Counted from the first letter of the stretch, positions 26,913-37,920 are shown. The stretch: 59,633 bases of DNA from a virus (IMGVR_UViG_3300030110_003038:1-59633), one strand, 5' to 3'. A program made the numbers and translations. Notes: generated from the sequence alone by a model not told the origin.

Positions 26913-27415
26913 AATTTTTTATATTTTTTTATTATATTTTTAGGCAAATCTTTATAGTTATTAGTATAAACATCTGCTTCTGCTTCTTCAAAAGTCATAG
27001 CGTTTGTCTTATAAACACAACACCATGTAGAGTCTTCATGAATATATAAAACACGTTGGGTGCCTATTTTTGTAAAAATTTTATATGGTCCCTCTATTGT
27101 TTCTACAATTCCATCATCATTTAAAAAAGACAATTTACCTTTTAATAAAAATGAAGGATGATTCTGTTTGTGAATCATACTTACTATTAAACTTCCCTTA
27201 GGCATAAAAATTTCTCGAGTGTACAGCCCACCTTCTAAATGTTGTTTTAAAGGGCATAAGTCTTTAAGAACTTTACTTTGAGCCTCTCCAGCCTTATGGT
27301 TAACAGTTCCGTTTAATGTGGTTAAATATTTTTGAAAACTTTCAATTTTATCCCACATTATTCCTCTCCGAGAAACAACTGAGTTTAACACATCATGAGC
27401 AACTTCTAATTCCAT
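26891..27415 (-). CDS. Cupin-like protein
   Basis: GLYTREIFMPKGSLIVSMIHKQNHPSFLLKG resembles a cupin double-stranded beta-helix; own TATCTTTG box at 27423-27430. Confidence 0.6.
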   Translation of the reverse strand: MELEVAHDVLNSVVSRRGIMWDKIESFQKYLTTLNGTVNHKAGEAQSKVLKDLCPLKQHLEGGLYTREIFMPKGSLIVSMIHKQNHPSFLLKGKLSFLNDDGIVETIEGPYKIFTKIGTQRVLYIHEDSTWCCVYKTNAMTFEEAEADVYTNNYKDLPKNIIKKYKKLWQELEL

Positions 27416-27437
27416 GTTGTCACAAAGATAACAAATT

Positions 27438-28211
27438 CTATGGATAACTTTTCATAACACTACTACCTACAGAAAAGAGCTCTACAGCATCAGTATCATT
27501 ATTAGTCATTGTAAATTCCATATAGTATCCACGAGCTCCATGTGACTCTGCAATACTGTTTTTATAATACAATATAAAAAAGCCTACAGAAGGAACAACA
27601 CCACCAGTGGCTGTGTCAATATTTACAGTAATAGTTTTACTAGTTACCACTGTAACTGCTCCCGCTATAACTGGATTAGTCTGCCCTGTTGCTACATCTA
27701 AACTATAAATAATATCCCCTACACTTAATATGTTTCCAATTGATTTAGCAAATGTTATTACTGTAGCGGTAGCTGGACCTGTGACTCCTGTACAAATAGC
27801 AATACCATTTCCAGATCTCAACTTCCAATCTACTGTTCCTGATTTACTTCTTATATATGAATACCATTCTCCTTCTTTTTGCTCAAAATATGTCTCAAGC
27901 ATTGAGCCACTACTTAAATCAGTATTTAAATCTGTCACTGCCCAACTGTGTGAGCTTTCATATGACATGGTTTTAAACAACTTAATGCTTAATGTTGGCT
28001 CTGGATTAAACACACTAGTTATTGTTGATATCCCTTGATTGCCATAATAATTATTTCTTAATGAGTTGGTGTTGTGTCTATAAAGATTTCCTTCAGAAAA
28101 AGTATATAGATAACCATTCATTCCTTGAATGTATTCTGGATAATAGGTATAAAAAGAGGGCCACCCTGGGCTTCTTTTGTCATCACTATATGTTAATGTT
28201 TCTGCTGCCAT
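27438..28211 (-). CDS. Tail protein resembling the C-terminal part of a stabilization/nozzle protein
   Basis: TLTYS...GWPSFYTYYPE...YTFSEGNLYRHN, FEQKEGEWY, GARGYY...VELFSV. Confidence 0.6.
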   Translation of the reverse strand: MAAETLTYSDDKRSPGWPSFYTYYPEYIQGMNGYLYTFSEGNLYRHNTNSLRNNYYGNQGISTITSVFNPEPTLSIKLFKTMSYESSHSWAVTDLNTDLSSGSMLETYFEQKEGEWYSYIRSKSGTVDWKLRSGNGIAICTGVTGPATATVITFAKSIGNILSVGDIIYSLDVATGQTNPVIAGAVTVVTSKTITVNIDTATGGVVPSVGFFILYYKNSIAESHGARGYYMEFTMTNNDTDAVELFSVGSSVMKSYP

Positions 28212-28212
28212 A

Positions 28213-29934
28213 TTATTGAGGTATACAATTTGATTCTGAGGTTACTTCTCCACCACTACCTACTACTATGTATGTGTTTTGAGAACCTACAGTGTAAAGA
28301 TAATAATTTCCTGCTGCTAATGGATTAATACATCCAATTGTGCTATATACATAGTCACCTAATACTGGATAGCTACCACTACCATTGTGATAATAATTTA
28401 CATTTGCTGTTGGAGTAGCGCCTGGACCACATATTTGATTAAACACTAAGTTAGAACTTCCTACAAACATTGTACAGGTTCCGCAATTAGTTACAGATGC
28501 AACTACTCCAGCTCCACCACTTATAGTTATATAACTACCTCCATTAGCAGTTGTTATTTTATATAATCCATCAGATAAAGTTGATGTTTTACATGCATTG
28601 GTATAACATGTATCTGTTGCAACTGGTAATGAGCCTGAGCCGTTATGATAAAAATTAGTAGTTAATGATAAAGCACATACAGCCGCAGGATCTGCTGTAC
28701 TAGTACTTGAGTTAAACGACGTGCCTAAAGCAAAACTAGATGGGCCTGTTACTAATCCTGCACCTCCAGTTACTTCATAATAAGAAGTAGCGTCTAATTT
28801 ATAATACCCTGATCCTAAAACAGCCGTTCCTCCTGAATCAGAGTAAGCGGTGTCTCCTGTTACTGGTGCACTACCTGCTCCATTATGATAATAAGTTTGA
28901 TTGACAGTTGCTACACAAGCTGCATTAACAGCAATAGTGCTAGTTGAACTTTGAAATGCAGTGTTAGTTGGACATGTTGTAATTGCAGAAACTACACCCG
29001 AAACAACTTCCGCTACAGTTGTTGATGTTAATTTATAAAAACCATCAGTCAATGCAGTGGCTCCAGTACTGTTTGAAAACACAAAGTTACCTACTTGAGG
29101 AACAGTATTGCTATCCACAACAGGTGCACTTGATCCTGTGGTAGATGAATTTTGTGCAAAATAATATGTTTGCCCTTGAGTAGCACTACACGCTAAAGGT
29201 CCACTTGTTTGTACTAAATTAGTAGTAAATGAAGGTAACGCTGCTGGACAAATAGCTTTAAATTGAAATGCTGTACCTCCACATACACCAACTAATTGTA
29301 ATCTTAATGTAGATGGTGTAGCATTTGGCTTTGGTATAACCATTGTATAATAAATATTACCTGTCGCATTTAAATTTACTGTACCAGATGCAGGTATAGA
29401 TATTGTAGAACTAGTTCCTGCGTCTACAAAAGTAGAACCATCATAAGTAAAATCAGTAACAGTAAATGAATTACCTTGTAAATCCGAAGCTGCGCATCCA
29501 CTTACACCTGTAGCTCCCACAAAATTAATCTCTCCTGCTGTAGCTTGTTCTCTACCATGAGTGTTGGTGGTTAGTGTGTTATATGATACTGAATCAAATG
29601 TTGCTAATATTCCGTCAGGCACATTATAAGGTTGAAAATAAATTACGATAGCTCCTACATCCCCTGAAGTATTACCCATATCAATATCAATAATATAACT
29701 ACCCACACCTCCACTTGCAGAAACATCACTACCACAAGCAACTGGACACTCACAACTAGCAGCAGTTCCTAAGGTTCCTCCTGTTTGTTGTCTATATGTG
29801 GTAACAGTTTCGGTTGGTGCTTGATACCACCCGTCTGGTGCTTTTGTTGTTAAAAGACTATCTGTCCACACTGCGGTTGCAGAAGCAAAAGTTGATGTGT
29901 CTATATAATATGTTTTATCTTCTAGTGTAGCCAT
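28213..29934 (-). CDS. Virion structural protein with Cys-rich repeats
   Basis: Repeated C...YYHNGSGxxPxxGDxxY...GxY modules. Confidence 0.7.
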   Translation of the reverse strand: MATLEDKTYYIDTSTFASATAVWTDSLLTTKAPDGWYQAPTETVTTYRQQTGGTLGTAASCECPVACGSDVSASGGVGSYIIDIDMGNTSGDVGAIVIYFQPYNVPDGILATFDSVSYNTLTTNTHGREQATAGEINFVGATGVSGCAASDLQGNSFTVTDFTYDGSTFVDAGTSSTISIPASGTVNLNATGNIYYTMVIPKPNATPSTLRLQLVGVCGGTAFQFKAICPAALPSFTTNLVQTSGPLACSATQGQTYYFAQNSSTTGSSAPVVDSNTVPQVGNFVFSNSTGATALTDGFYKLTSTTVAEVVSGVVSAITTCPTNTAFQSSTSTIAVNAACVATVNQTYYHNGAGSAPVTGDTAYSDSGGTAVLGSGYYKLDATSYYEVTGGAGLVTGPSSFALGTSFNSSTSTADPAAVCALSLTTNFYHNGSGSLPVATDTCYTNACKTSTLSDGLYKITTANGGSYITISGGAGVVASVTNCGTCTMFVGSSNLVFNQICGPGATPTANVNYYHNGSGSYPVLGDYVYSTIGCINPLAAGNYYLYTVGSQNTYIVVGSGGEVTSESNCIPQ

Positions 29935-29938
29935 ATTT

Positions 29939-32900
29939 TTAACAAGTTAATAAATTTTCTACTCTACCTGAGCTGTTAACATATATTACTGAAGTTGCGC
30001 TTAATGAATAATAACCCGCAGATACTATTGTTGTACCTGTATTATTAGAAAATACAAAATCATTTACAATTGGAGTTGTTCCACTTCCATTATGATAATA
30101 AGTTGTTGTTTGAGCTAATCCACACGCTTCTGATCTTGTAGATTTCATTAATGAACCTGAAAATGATGCGTAAGTACATGTTGTACAACACACTTCTATA
30201 GCACTAGCAGTACTAAAACATAAAGGTATAGCAGTACCACATGGTACACATGTTGTGCTTGGAAGAAGTAATCCAGCTGATTGCTCTCTAACAATTCCAC
30301 CTGTTTGATAAAACTGATTTGGAGCTTTAGTGTGTAAATTAGAGTCTGTCCAAACAGCAGTAGCTGTAGCAAAACTATCTGTGTCAATATAATAACCCAC
30401 TGTATTTCCTGAGCAACAAGCTACAGAAGCGCTGGCACCATCTCTCAAATTAACATTAGTTATATTTCTGTAATCCCATACCATATATAAATACTTGTCA
30501 GTAGTTGGATTATTATTAGTGTAAGTAAATGATGCTTGATATAATCCTGTTGACGGATTAGTTATAGGTGTCACATTAGTTGCTGCAGCATCTATGGTAG
30601 ACCATGAACCTGCATCATACTCAGTTGAACTTATTAAATATTTAAATTTGTCTACAGTAGCATCAAAAACAAAATCATCAAAATCTTTTTTGTTTGATTG
30701 CATGGTAATCGTAGCGCCACTTGTAGGCATAATACCCACCGATGTTTGTCCAGTTGTAGAAATAAAGCTTTCAACAGGATCATTTTCATTAAATGCTATA
30801 AGCTCACTAGAAACAGGACTTGTTAAAGAAGTTTGATTCCAATAATATTGATTATGAATAAACTTACCATCATCTATAGGAGACCCTAAAGTCATTTGTA
30901 CTACTATAATTTCATTTGTTTGTGGGCATTCAGGTGTAATATCAAAAGATGCTGTACCACTTGGTGTTATAGTAATAGTAGCAGTAGATGGATTAGCTTT
31001 ATTTTTAATAAAACTTTGTGTTCCACTACCTGTTATAGATTGATTTATAACAGAATTTCCATCCCACACTACCAGTAAAGTTACTGTTCCAGTTACATTA
31101 TAAGTAAACTCTACTGTACCTTGAGTAGTTCCAAAGTCTATTGAATAAGAAGATGCGTTTGTAACCGACTGTCTTGATATTAATGTTCCACATGATAAAG
31201 GCACAATAGCTGAAGGTATATCAGTTACAGTAGAAGAAAGTACATATTCATTCATGTAAGGATCATATCCTCCTAGCTTTTGTTTATTAAAATTTTGTGT
31301 AAATAAATCTCTAAAATAAGAACGCATACCTAATTCAGAAATAACTGTTAAAGCTTGTTTTTTACCTACTCCTTTAAGTTGTATAACAGCGTTTCGTTTA
31401 GCATCAGTAAAATACATAGAATCTCCATGTGAGGCAAAGCTTTCAGGATTACTGCTAATACCGTATTCTTCTATCCTTGCTATTTGTTGAGCTAATACTA
31501 ATGGAGTAGATGTAATAGCTCCACCACCCGCGGGAGAGGATAATAAATCTTTTCCTGCCAATACATAAGAAATTTTATCTTCTTGTAAACACATAATATC
31601 CGTCTCTCTTCCATGTAATACCTCTATAGGACCATATAATACTTCACAATCCTTAAAGTTTGCTAAACCAAGATTAAATTCATTTAGTCTATTTATGTTA
31701 GATTCTTCACTATATAAACCACTGTAAGTTAATCCCGCAAACCTATCTGCTTCTTTGTAATCTTGATCTGATACTGATGTAACTCTTTGTCCTAAAGTAA
31801 AGGATTGTCCAACCAACGAGTCTTCTACTTTAAAACTTTCTACACCATTACCAAATGAAAAACAATCAAAGAAACCTAGTGTGCTTATTGCCGGTAATGT
31901 ACTTGTTTGGTTTTGGGTGGTACCCATATGAAACCCGTTAGTGATATCATAACAAACATCATCTTCATAATACAAGTCGTTATCAACATCTATAGGTATA
32001 GATTCAAAAGTTACTACTGAATTAGCTACTTGTACTGATATCCTACCTTTTAATCTAGATTTATGTCCACCTATTCCTTCTGTTCCACCCCTTATTTGTA
32101 AATATAAAAAATTAGTTTGGGATGTGCCTGTCGATGGGGCTCCGCCACTAGTAGTGGCAAACCTATATTGATTACTGTTGTGTACTACAGGAATCGAAGT
32201 TGATACAGCAGGCATTGTACTGGGATTTAAAAAAACATTTAAGTTAGCGCCAGAATCATCAGTACTTGTATCTGTTCCTCCTGTAAAATCTATTGCTTCT
32301 CCTACAACAAATTCATATAAATTAGCGTAATCATTTGATGCAGCAAATGTTTTATTATAATTATAAATAGAAGATCCTGCACTTTGACTTCGTTCACTTC
32401 TACTAAATTCAATATCAAAAGTAACTAAACTTCCCTCTGGAATAGTTACATTAGTATCTTCTGCTGTTAAAGTTCTAAAACATGGAATGTTAATTTCAGG
32501 AAAATTTCTAGCTGATTTATTAGTAGCAGAAACTGTTCCTGAACTCCACGCGGTTGATTCCTCACTATCATCTATGTTAAAATTAGTTGGTTTTAATTCC
32601 ATATAAAGACCTGCTAATTCAGATATGTAAGGGGCTACTCCAGCTGATTCAATATTAGCAGCGGGTGTTAAAAAGTTTTGTTCTTTAGCATCAACACTTA
32701 AAACTTCTTGAGTTTGATAACTAGTTAAAGCTCCATATGCGTCCGCCTTTACCCTAAGAATATCTCCTGTTTTTACTTTAGTTTGATTTTGACCTTCTAA
32801 TTTAAAATATACTGTATTAGTTGTTGTATCTCTATAATAAAAGTTACTATATATTGTTTCATATGGTCCTTCAGCTCTTTTAACTACAAATTTATATTTA

Positions 32901-34774
32901 GATGCCCAAGAAGGTGGTTTTTGAGTTATAGGTATTGTGACTTTAATTTGGTTTTTTTGATCTGATGTAGATGCAGGTGTAAATAGTGTATTGTCTGGTG
33001 AAACTAAAGCTGTTGAGCTTCTTAAATATTCATCCATATATACCACTCCTACCTCATAATTTCTATTACTATGTAAACTTTTTGTGTTACCATTACCTAA
33101 AAACAACAATTGACCCGAAGTAAATTTATAATACTCATACAAAGGAGCTGCCGCAGAACCATTACTATCTATAAACTTCATCGCAGGTATCTGAAATGTT
33201 ACTATATTTGATCCTGTTGATGCATCAATATAAATCCCTTGGTTTAATCCAGTTATTCCACTTTCATTTTTAGTCCAAGTTATTGCTCCATCACTATCTC
33301 CAGGATTAGTTACAGCACAATTAAACGTGTCTGTAAAGCTTGTACCATTGGTACATGCATTAGCAACGGTAGTAAAATATGCGGGCTCACTTCCTATTCT
33401 TGTTTTAAAAGCCACACTTTGAACCATTTCAAAAACAGTGTTGTAATCTTGAGATAAAGTAAATATAGTAGATATAGTGGTAGAAGGTTGAGAAGTTGTT
33501 ACAGTTCCACTGTTTCCACTAAATTTAGAATGAATAAATGTAAAGTCAAAATCTAAAACAGCTCCACTTTTTAATTTTGTAGCAATTTCTGATAAATCTA
33601 CAGACACCGTACTATTAGCAATAGTCTCAGGCGAACCACTATCTATTGAGTATTGATCTCCAGTAACTAAGGTAGTTGTAAAATCATTTGTTTCTATATT
33701 AGAACTTATTCTTTCAGCTTCAAAAGTCATTTGACATTTATTGCCATCACTATCAATCATGTTGTAACCATCTACATAATTACCATAAACCAACCTATTA
33801 CCCATTATAGTTTGAGCTTTGGCGGTTCTTGGCACATTATCATATAATCTTAATAATTCACTTTCTGGAAGAATAGTATATATTTTACTATTACTAAATG
33901 TTTGTGTTTGAATGGTGTTATCTGGCCACCCATAATTTGACTTATCAAATCTTTCTATTACATTTAATACATTAGAATCAGCAAATTTAAATATTAAATC
34001 TACTCCTACTACATTAGAGTCTCCAGTGTTAAAACTAAGCTCTACTGCATTATAAATATTTTTCATACCACTATTAAGGTTGGTGGCTATATCGAGCTTA
34101 AAAACCCCAGGAACAAACGCTATGTCTGTAAATTGTGACAATGCACTATACTCATCATCTTCATACTTATATCTATAAGCAAAAGATATCATCCGTGTTT
34201 CCATGTAATTAGCTTCAGTCGCTTGTGTTAATAAATTAAATGTTGGTGCTGCTAATGGTGGTTGTACAATAACATTTAAATCTTTATCTGTTACGACATC
34301 AGCTCCTGCAGCATCTGGGCTAGGATAATTTCTTGTTACATTAATTTTTCTTGGAGGATTTATGTCATCGGTAAAAAATAATAAATCACCTATTTTGTTA
34401 ACACCATTAATAAGATATTTAGTGTCAAAATTTAAAACACTTACAGAAACAACATGATAGGTAATTAATTCATTTTTAGTATCAAAAGATACAATCATGT
34501 CTACAGTAGTAGAAGTAATAAACCAGTATATAGTTTCATTAGCACCATCATCATAAGCTCCTATGCAAGTAGCTCCTGTTAAATCAGCACCGTTATATTG
34601 TAGTGTTGTAAGCTTTGTATTTCCTTTAGAGTTTTCTACAGCTCCTATTTCGGTGGTTTCTGTAGATCCTAATCTAACATTTATAGCATTGACATATTCG
34701 CCTGGAGGGAGTAGTCTCTCATCCACGCTTTTATTCATTCTACCGCGTACAAAGTTTGTAGTTACTATAGGCAT
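29939..34774 (-). CDS. Tail stabilization/nozzle protein (P22 gp10/crAss-like)
   Basis: NFVRGRMNKSVDERLLPPGEY.NA.N, FAYRYKY, GNRLVYGNY, EEYGISSNPESFA, YFTDAKR, GGYDPY. Confidence 0.75.
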   Translation of the reverse strand: MPIVTTNFVRGRMNKSVDERLLPPGEYVNAINVRLGSTETTEIGAVENSKGNTKLTTLQYNGADLTGATCIGAYDDGANETIYWFITSTTVDMIVSFDTKNELITYHVVSVSVLNFDTKYLINGVNKIGDLLFFTDDINPPRKINVTRNYPSPDAAGADVVTDKDLNVIVQPPLAAPTFNLLTQATEANYMETRMISFAYRYKYEDDEYSALSQFTDIAFVPGVFKLDIATNLNSGMKNIYNAVELSFNTGDSNVVGVDLIFKFADSNVLNVIERFDKSNYGWPDNTIQTQTFSNSKIYTILPESELLRLYDNVPRTAKAQTIMGNRLVYGNYVDGYNMIDSDGNKCQMTFEAERISSNIETNDFTTTLVTGDQYSIDSGSPETIANSTVSVDLSEIATKLKSGAVLDFDFTFIHSKFSGNSGTVTTSQPSTTISTIFTLSQDYNTVFEMVQSVAFKTRIGSEPAYFTTVANACTNGTSFTDTFNCAVTNPGDSDGAITWTKNESGITGLNQGIYIDASTGSNIVTFQIPAMKFIDSNGSAAAPLYEYYKFTSGQLLFLGNGNTKSLHSNRNYEVGVVYMDEYLRSSTALVSPDNTLFTPASTSDQKNQIKVTIPITQKPPSWASKYKFVVKRAEGPYETIYSNFYYRDTTTNTVYFKLEGQNQTKVKTGDILRVKADAYGALTSYQTQEVLSVDAKEQNFLTPAANIESAGVAPYISELAGLYMELKPTNFNIDDSEESTAWSSGTVSATNKSARNFPEINIPCFRTLTAEDTNVTIPEGSLVTFDIEFSRSERSQSAGSSIYNYNKTFAASNDYANLYEFVVGEAIDFTGGTDTSTDDSGANLNVFLNPSTMPAVSTSIPVVHNSNQYRFATTSGGAPSTGTSQTNFLYLQIRGGTEGIGGHKSRLKGRISVQVANSVVTFESIPIDVDNDLYYEDDVCYDITNGFHMGTTQNQTSTLPAISTLGFFDCFSFGNGVESFKVEDSLVGQSFTLGQRVTSVSDQDYKEADRFAGLTYSGLYSEESNINRLNEFNLGLANFKDCEVLYGPIEVLHGRETDIMCLQEDKISYVLAGKDLLSSPAGGGAITSTPLVLAQQIARIEEYGISSNPESFASHGDSMYFTDAKRNAVIQLKGVGKKQALTVISELGMRSYFRDLFTQNFNKQKLGGYDPYMNEYVLSSTVTDIPSAIVPLSCGTLISRQSVTNASSYSIDFGTTQGTVEFTYNVTGTVTLLVVWDGNSVINQSITGSGTQSFIKNKANPSTATITITPSGTASFDITPECPQTNEIIVVQMTLGSPIDDGKFIHNQYYWNQTSLTSPVSSELIAFNENDPVESFISTTGQTSVGIMPTSGATITMQSNKKDFDDFVFDATVDKFKYLISSTEYDAGSWSTIDAAATNVTPITNPSTGLYQASFTYTNNNPTTDKYLYMVWDYRNITNVNLRDGASASVACCSGNTVGYYIDTDSFATATAVWTDSNLHTKAPNQFYQTGGIVREQSAGLLLPSTTCVPCGTAIPLCFSTASAIEVCCTTCTYASFSGSLMKSTRSEACGLAQTTTYYHNGSGTTPIVNDFVFSNNTGTTIVSAGYYSLSATSVIYVNSSGRVENLLTC

Positions 34775-34775
34775 T

Positions 34776-35684
34776 TTACTTAATCCATTTAGCCTGACCT
34801 CTTAAATTCATTAATAGTCGACCAGGGTGTATATTACTTAATCTAATTTTTGCGTTTCTTAATAAAGATGACTTATCTTTTCTAGCTCTGTTTACAACAT
34901 ATTCTTGTACTCCTAATTTACCATTTAATATAGAGTATTTGATATATGCATAAATAAATTCTTCAAACAACTTATTTACACTAATGTTTGCATCATCTCC
35001 TTTTTCCATTCCATCAGAAACATATTCTAATACAATAGACTGTCCTGATGCAATAGAGCTAAAATTAATTACTCCTCTTTGTTTATCAATAGAAAAAGTA
35101 GGATTAGTATTAGCAGTTTCAGTATTCAATCCAAAATGTCCACCTATAGCAAAATCAAAATACCATAAACCATCTACACAATAACCTTCACACCCATCAT
35201 ATGGGCTTTCGTTGTTAAGGTAAATAGTTTTTTTTGATAAATCTAATGGTGAATCTTGTGGTTTTAAAACATTCCCATTTTGATCAAACAGTATGTTATT
35301 ATCGTTGTCTTGTAAATAAGTGTTTGCCCATTGTGTTTGAATATTTTCTGTTAATGGAAATAAAACACCATTTTGAAACATAGAAATTCTCACCCAATTG
35401 ACATAATCATGAGGTAAGACAAATAACAATGAGTCATCTAATGATAACTGTAATATTTTAATTTCTTTCATGGCATCGTAATTCAATTCTTGAATACCAC
35501 GTTTTGCATGAAATAATACTTTATATCTCGATATGTTATTAACTAATTCATTATTGCCTTGATACATCAACATAAAATTATTAACAATATCATTTAAAGA
35601 AACATATTGATATGAGCCCCAATTTTTACTTTTTGGTGATGCTCCTGCATTTGTATAATATTGATAATCTGTTAAATATGCCAT
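34776..35684 (-). CDS. Tail tubular/adaptor ring protein
   Basis: LPHDYVNWVRIS, VLEYVSDG; position upstream of the nozzle gene. Confidence 0.6.
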   Translation of the reverse strand: MAYLTDYQYYTNAGASPKSKNWGSYQYVSLNDIVNNFMLMYQGNNELVNNISRYKVLFHAKRGIQELNYDAMKEIKILQLSLDDSLLFVLPHDYVNWVRISMFQNGVLFPLTENIQTQWANTYLQDNDNNILFDQNGNVLKPQDSPLDLSKKTIYLNNESPYDGCEGYCVDGLWYFDFAIGGHFGLNTETANTNPTFSIDKQRGVINFSSIASGQSIVLEYVSDGMEKGDDANISVNKLFEEFIYAYIKYSILNGKLGVQEYVVNRARKDKSSLLRNAKIRLSNIHPGRLLMNLRGQAKWIK

Positions 35685-35687
35685 AAT

Positions 35688-36701
35688 CTATATTTGTATT
35701 TGATTGTCTTCAACTATTTCTTGTTTACCAAACTGATATACATCAGCTTCTCTAATTTCTATTCCTACATACTGACAAATCTTTGCTACTATACCTGGTT
35801 CATCAGATAATGGTAATTCAAAGTCTTGATAATCAGCTTGACTAGAGTCAAACTCAGGGCTTCCTGAAGTTCCTCCAACTGTTATATATGTCCATTTTGG
35901 GGGTAAAGGATATCTTACATAATCTGTTATGACTGATCCTGCACTAGTAATAGTAGTAGGATATACAGTAATTGTATTTCCTAGTTGTCCTTGAGCAGTA
36001 TCAGTTGATCCTACGATACCACTTGTAGCTCCTCCTAATACATAAGCAGGAAATCCTGTTGTTGGAGCTGTTAATGGTGAATTTTCTAAATAAAATATTT
36101 TATTTTGATTAACTCTTTCTACCTCTACAATCCCTGTGGTGTTATAAATAGAGTAGGTATCACCGCCTCCTCCACCTATTGGAAATATATTAGTGCTTAA
36201 AGTTAATTGAGTATTACTATCTATACTTACAACAAAAGCACTAAACCCTGCATAATCACTTGTTGCAGTAGTGTTAGTTACTATTTGTCCTACTTTAATT
36301 ACACCACTAGTAGAAAACTGAGCAGCTGAGTCGGTTAATCTATTAGCTACACCGGCAGCAGTTGTTGATCCACTGTCTACAAAGTTAGGATAGTAATTAA
36401 CTTTATTAATAAAATAATAATCTGACGGTAGATTAAACATATTGTTTGCTTGTTTAATCAAACCTTTAGTAGCAGAAAAACTATCAATAACCTCTACTAA
36501 ACTTTTTACTATATCTGCATAACCAGTACCAGACACTCGTTGGTTTTGCTTAGTTATCCAACTATTATATTGATAAAAATAATCTTCAAACAAGTCCATT
36601 TGAGCTTGTTGCGCATACAAATTAAAATCTTGTGGAGATATGTATCCGTAGTTATTTTTGTTTGCTATTGCTTGTACAGTATTTCTAACTGAGTTAATCA
36701 T
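35688..36701 (-). CDS. Head-tail adaptor/ring protein
   Basis: LPSDYYF, YVRYPLPPKW, DFELP; start revised to MINSVRNTV, just downstream of a TATATTTG box (36716-36723). Confidence 0.6.
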   Translation of the reverse strand: MINSVRNTVQAIANKNNYGYISPQDFNLYAQQAQMDLFEDYFYQYNSWITKQNQRVSGTGYADIVKSLVEVIDSFSATKGLIKQANNMFNLPSDYYFINKVNYYPNFVDSGSTTAAGVANRLTDSAAQFSTSGVIKVGQIVTNTTATSDYAGFSAFVVSIDSNTQLTLSTNIFPIGGGGGDTYSIYNTTGIVEVERVNQNKIFYLENSPLTAPTTGFPAYVLGGATSGIVGSTDTAQGQLGNTITVYPTTITSAGSVITDYVRYPLPPKWTYITVGGTSGSPEFDSSQADYQDFELPLSDEPGIVAKICQYVGIEIREADVYQFGKQEIVEDNQIQI

Positions 36702-36726
36702 GCTAGTTCTTTTTACAAATATAAGC

Positions 36727-36760
36727 AAAAAAAAAAGAGGCCTAATTGTTTAAGCCCCTT
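36727..36760 (-). terminator. Rho-independent terminator
   Basis: AAGGGGCTT-AAACAATT-AGGCCTCTT followed by a long T run. Confidence 0.8.
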
Positions 36761-36782
36761 CTTAATTTACTGTTAAGTAATC

Positions 36783-37112
36783 TTATGCTGACCACTCTAC
36801 TTCAATTTGAGCTACGCCTGTAATAGCATATTTAGGCTCAAGTAGATAAGTTGGGTTTGTCCAGCTTGTTGTAAGGGCATTTTCAATAGCCTCCACAATA
36901 CTATTCAGTTGTTCTTTAGTTTTAGCTGCATCTGCTGCTGTAGTAGCAGTGATTTCATAGCCTAAAACTTCAGACGCACCTGAAGCCTTGTGTCCTGACA
37001 CGTTAGAAAGGATGTTGACTTTTGTGTTTGCACCTACCTCAACTCCTAAAATATTGTTAATAGGAATTAAGTAATAAGCATCACTTAAACTGATTTTAAG
37101 ATATTTTACCAT
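36783..37112 (-). CDS. Hypothetical virion protein
   Basis: Start revised to MVKYLKI; TATCTTTG box at 37145-37152. Confidence 0.75.
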   Translation of the reverse strand: MVKYLKISLSDAYYLIPINNILGVEVGANTKVNILSNVSGHKASGASEVLGYEITATTAADAAKTKEQLNSIVEAIENALTTSWTNPTYLLEPKYAITGVAQIEVEWSA

Positions 37113-37161
37113 AGTTAAAAAATTTATGGGGTTAAACAATTACACAAAGATAATCATTTAA

Positions 37162-37920
37162 TTAACTCTTTTTTAAGCGATTTTTTAAAATCTTGTAAAC
37201 ATCTACTCCATCATCAGATTGAAAATAAGATGCTACTATCCAATCTGGATCTTCTCCAAAGGGAACAGATAATAATCGTTTTTTGTTATTAGGAAGATTA
37301 TAATAAATTTCTTTATCATTATTTCTTTTTTGTAAAAACCCTGCTTTAAAAAATTGATATACATCATCTTGTAGTTGCAACATAGGATCATTAATTGTAT
37401 TAATAAAATCTTCTGGATTATTCTTTGAGTATATTAACAAATCTCTTTTTAATTCAGGAATAGTCATATTATCAACTACATTACCTAATAACACTCTACA
37501 AACTTGAATCATTTTTTGAGTATTGGAAGCAAGTTCTTTAGCCATTACTTGAGCTTCTAATACATTTTCTACTTCATGTAATTCATCAATTGCATCTTGT
37601 TCTTTATTTACTTCTGAAAATACACTTCCATTTGCAGGATGATAGTGTAAAAACTCTTGTAAAACTTGATTTTCTTTTTGAACTAAAAGCATTCCGTCTT
37701 CAAAAACTATAGGTTCTAATATTGCATTACCATCTTGCTCATCTTCAAATGGGCTTTTTTGATTTCGTGCATATCGCATTGGTCTGTTAATTCCTTTTTC
37801 TTCATCAAAATATAATAAAGGCGATCGTGAAGAATGCCTAGATGATAACATATAAGAAAGGGGAGATTTTCTGCCAGTTAGTTTATAAACTTTACTGACG
37901 TAAGGTGATTTTTTTTTCAT
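37162..37920 (-). CDS. Conserved phage protein following the major capsid gene
   Basis: ORF track; (AATTA)n leader; synteny. Confidence 0.75.
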   Translation of the reverse strand: MKKKSPYVSKVYKLTGRKSPLSYMLSSRHSSRSPLLYFDEEKGINRPMRYARNQKSPFEDEQDGNAILEPIVFEDGMLLVQKENQVLQEFLHYHPANGSVFSEVNKEQDAIDELHEVENVLEAQVMAKELASNTQKMIQVCRVLLGNVVDNMTIPELKRDLLIYSKNNPEDFINTINDPMLQLQDDVYQFFKAGFLQKRNNDKEIYYNLPNNKKRLLSVPFGEDPDWIVASYFQSDDGVDVYKILKNRLKKS

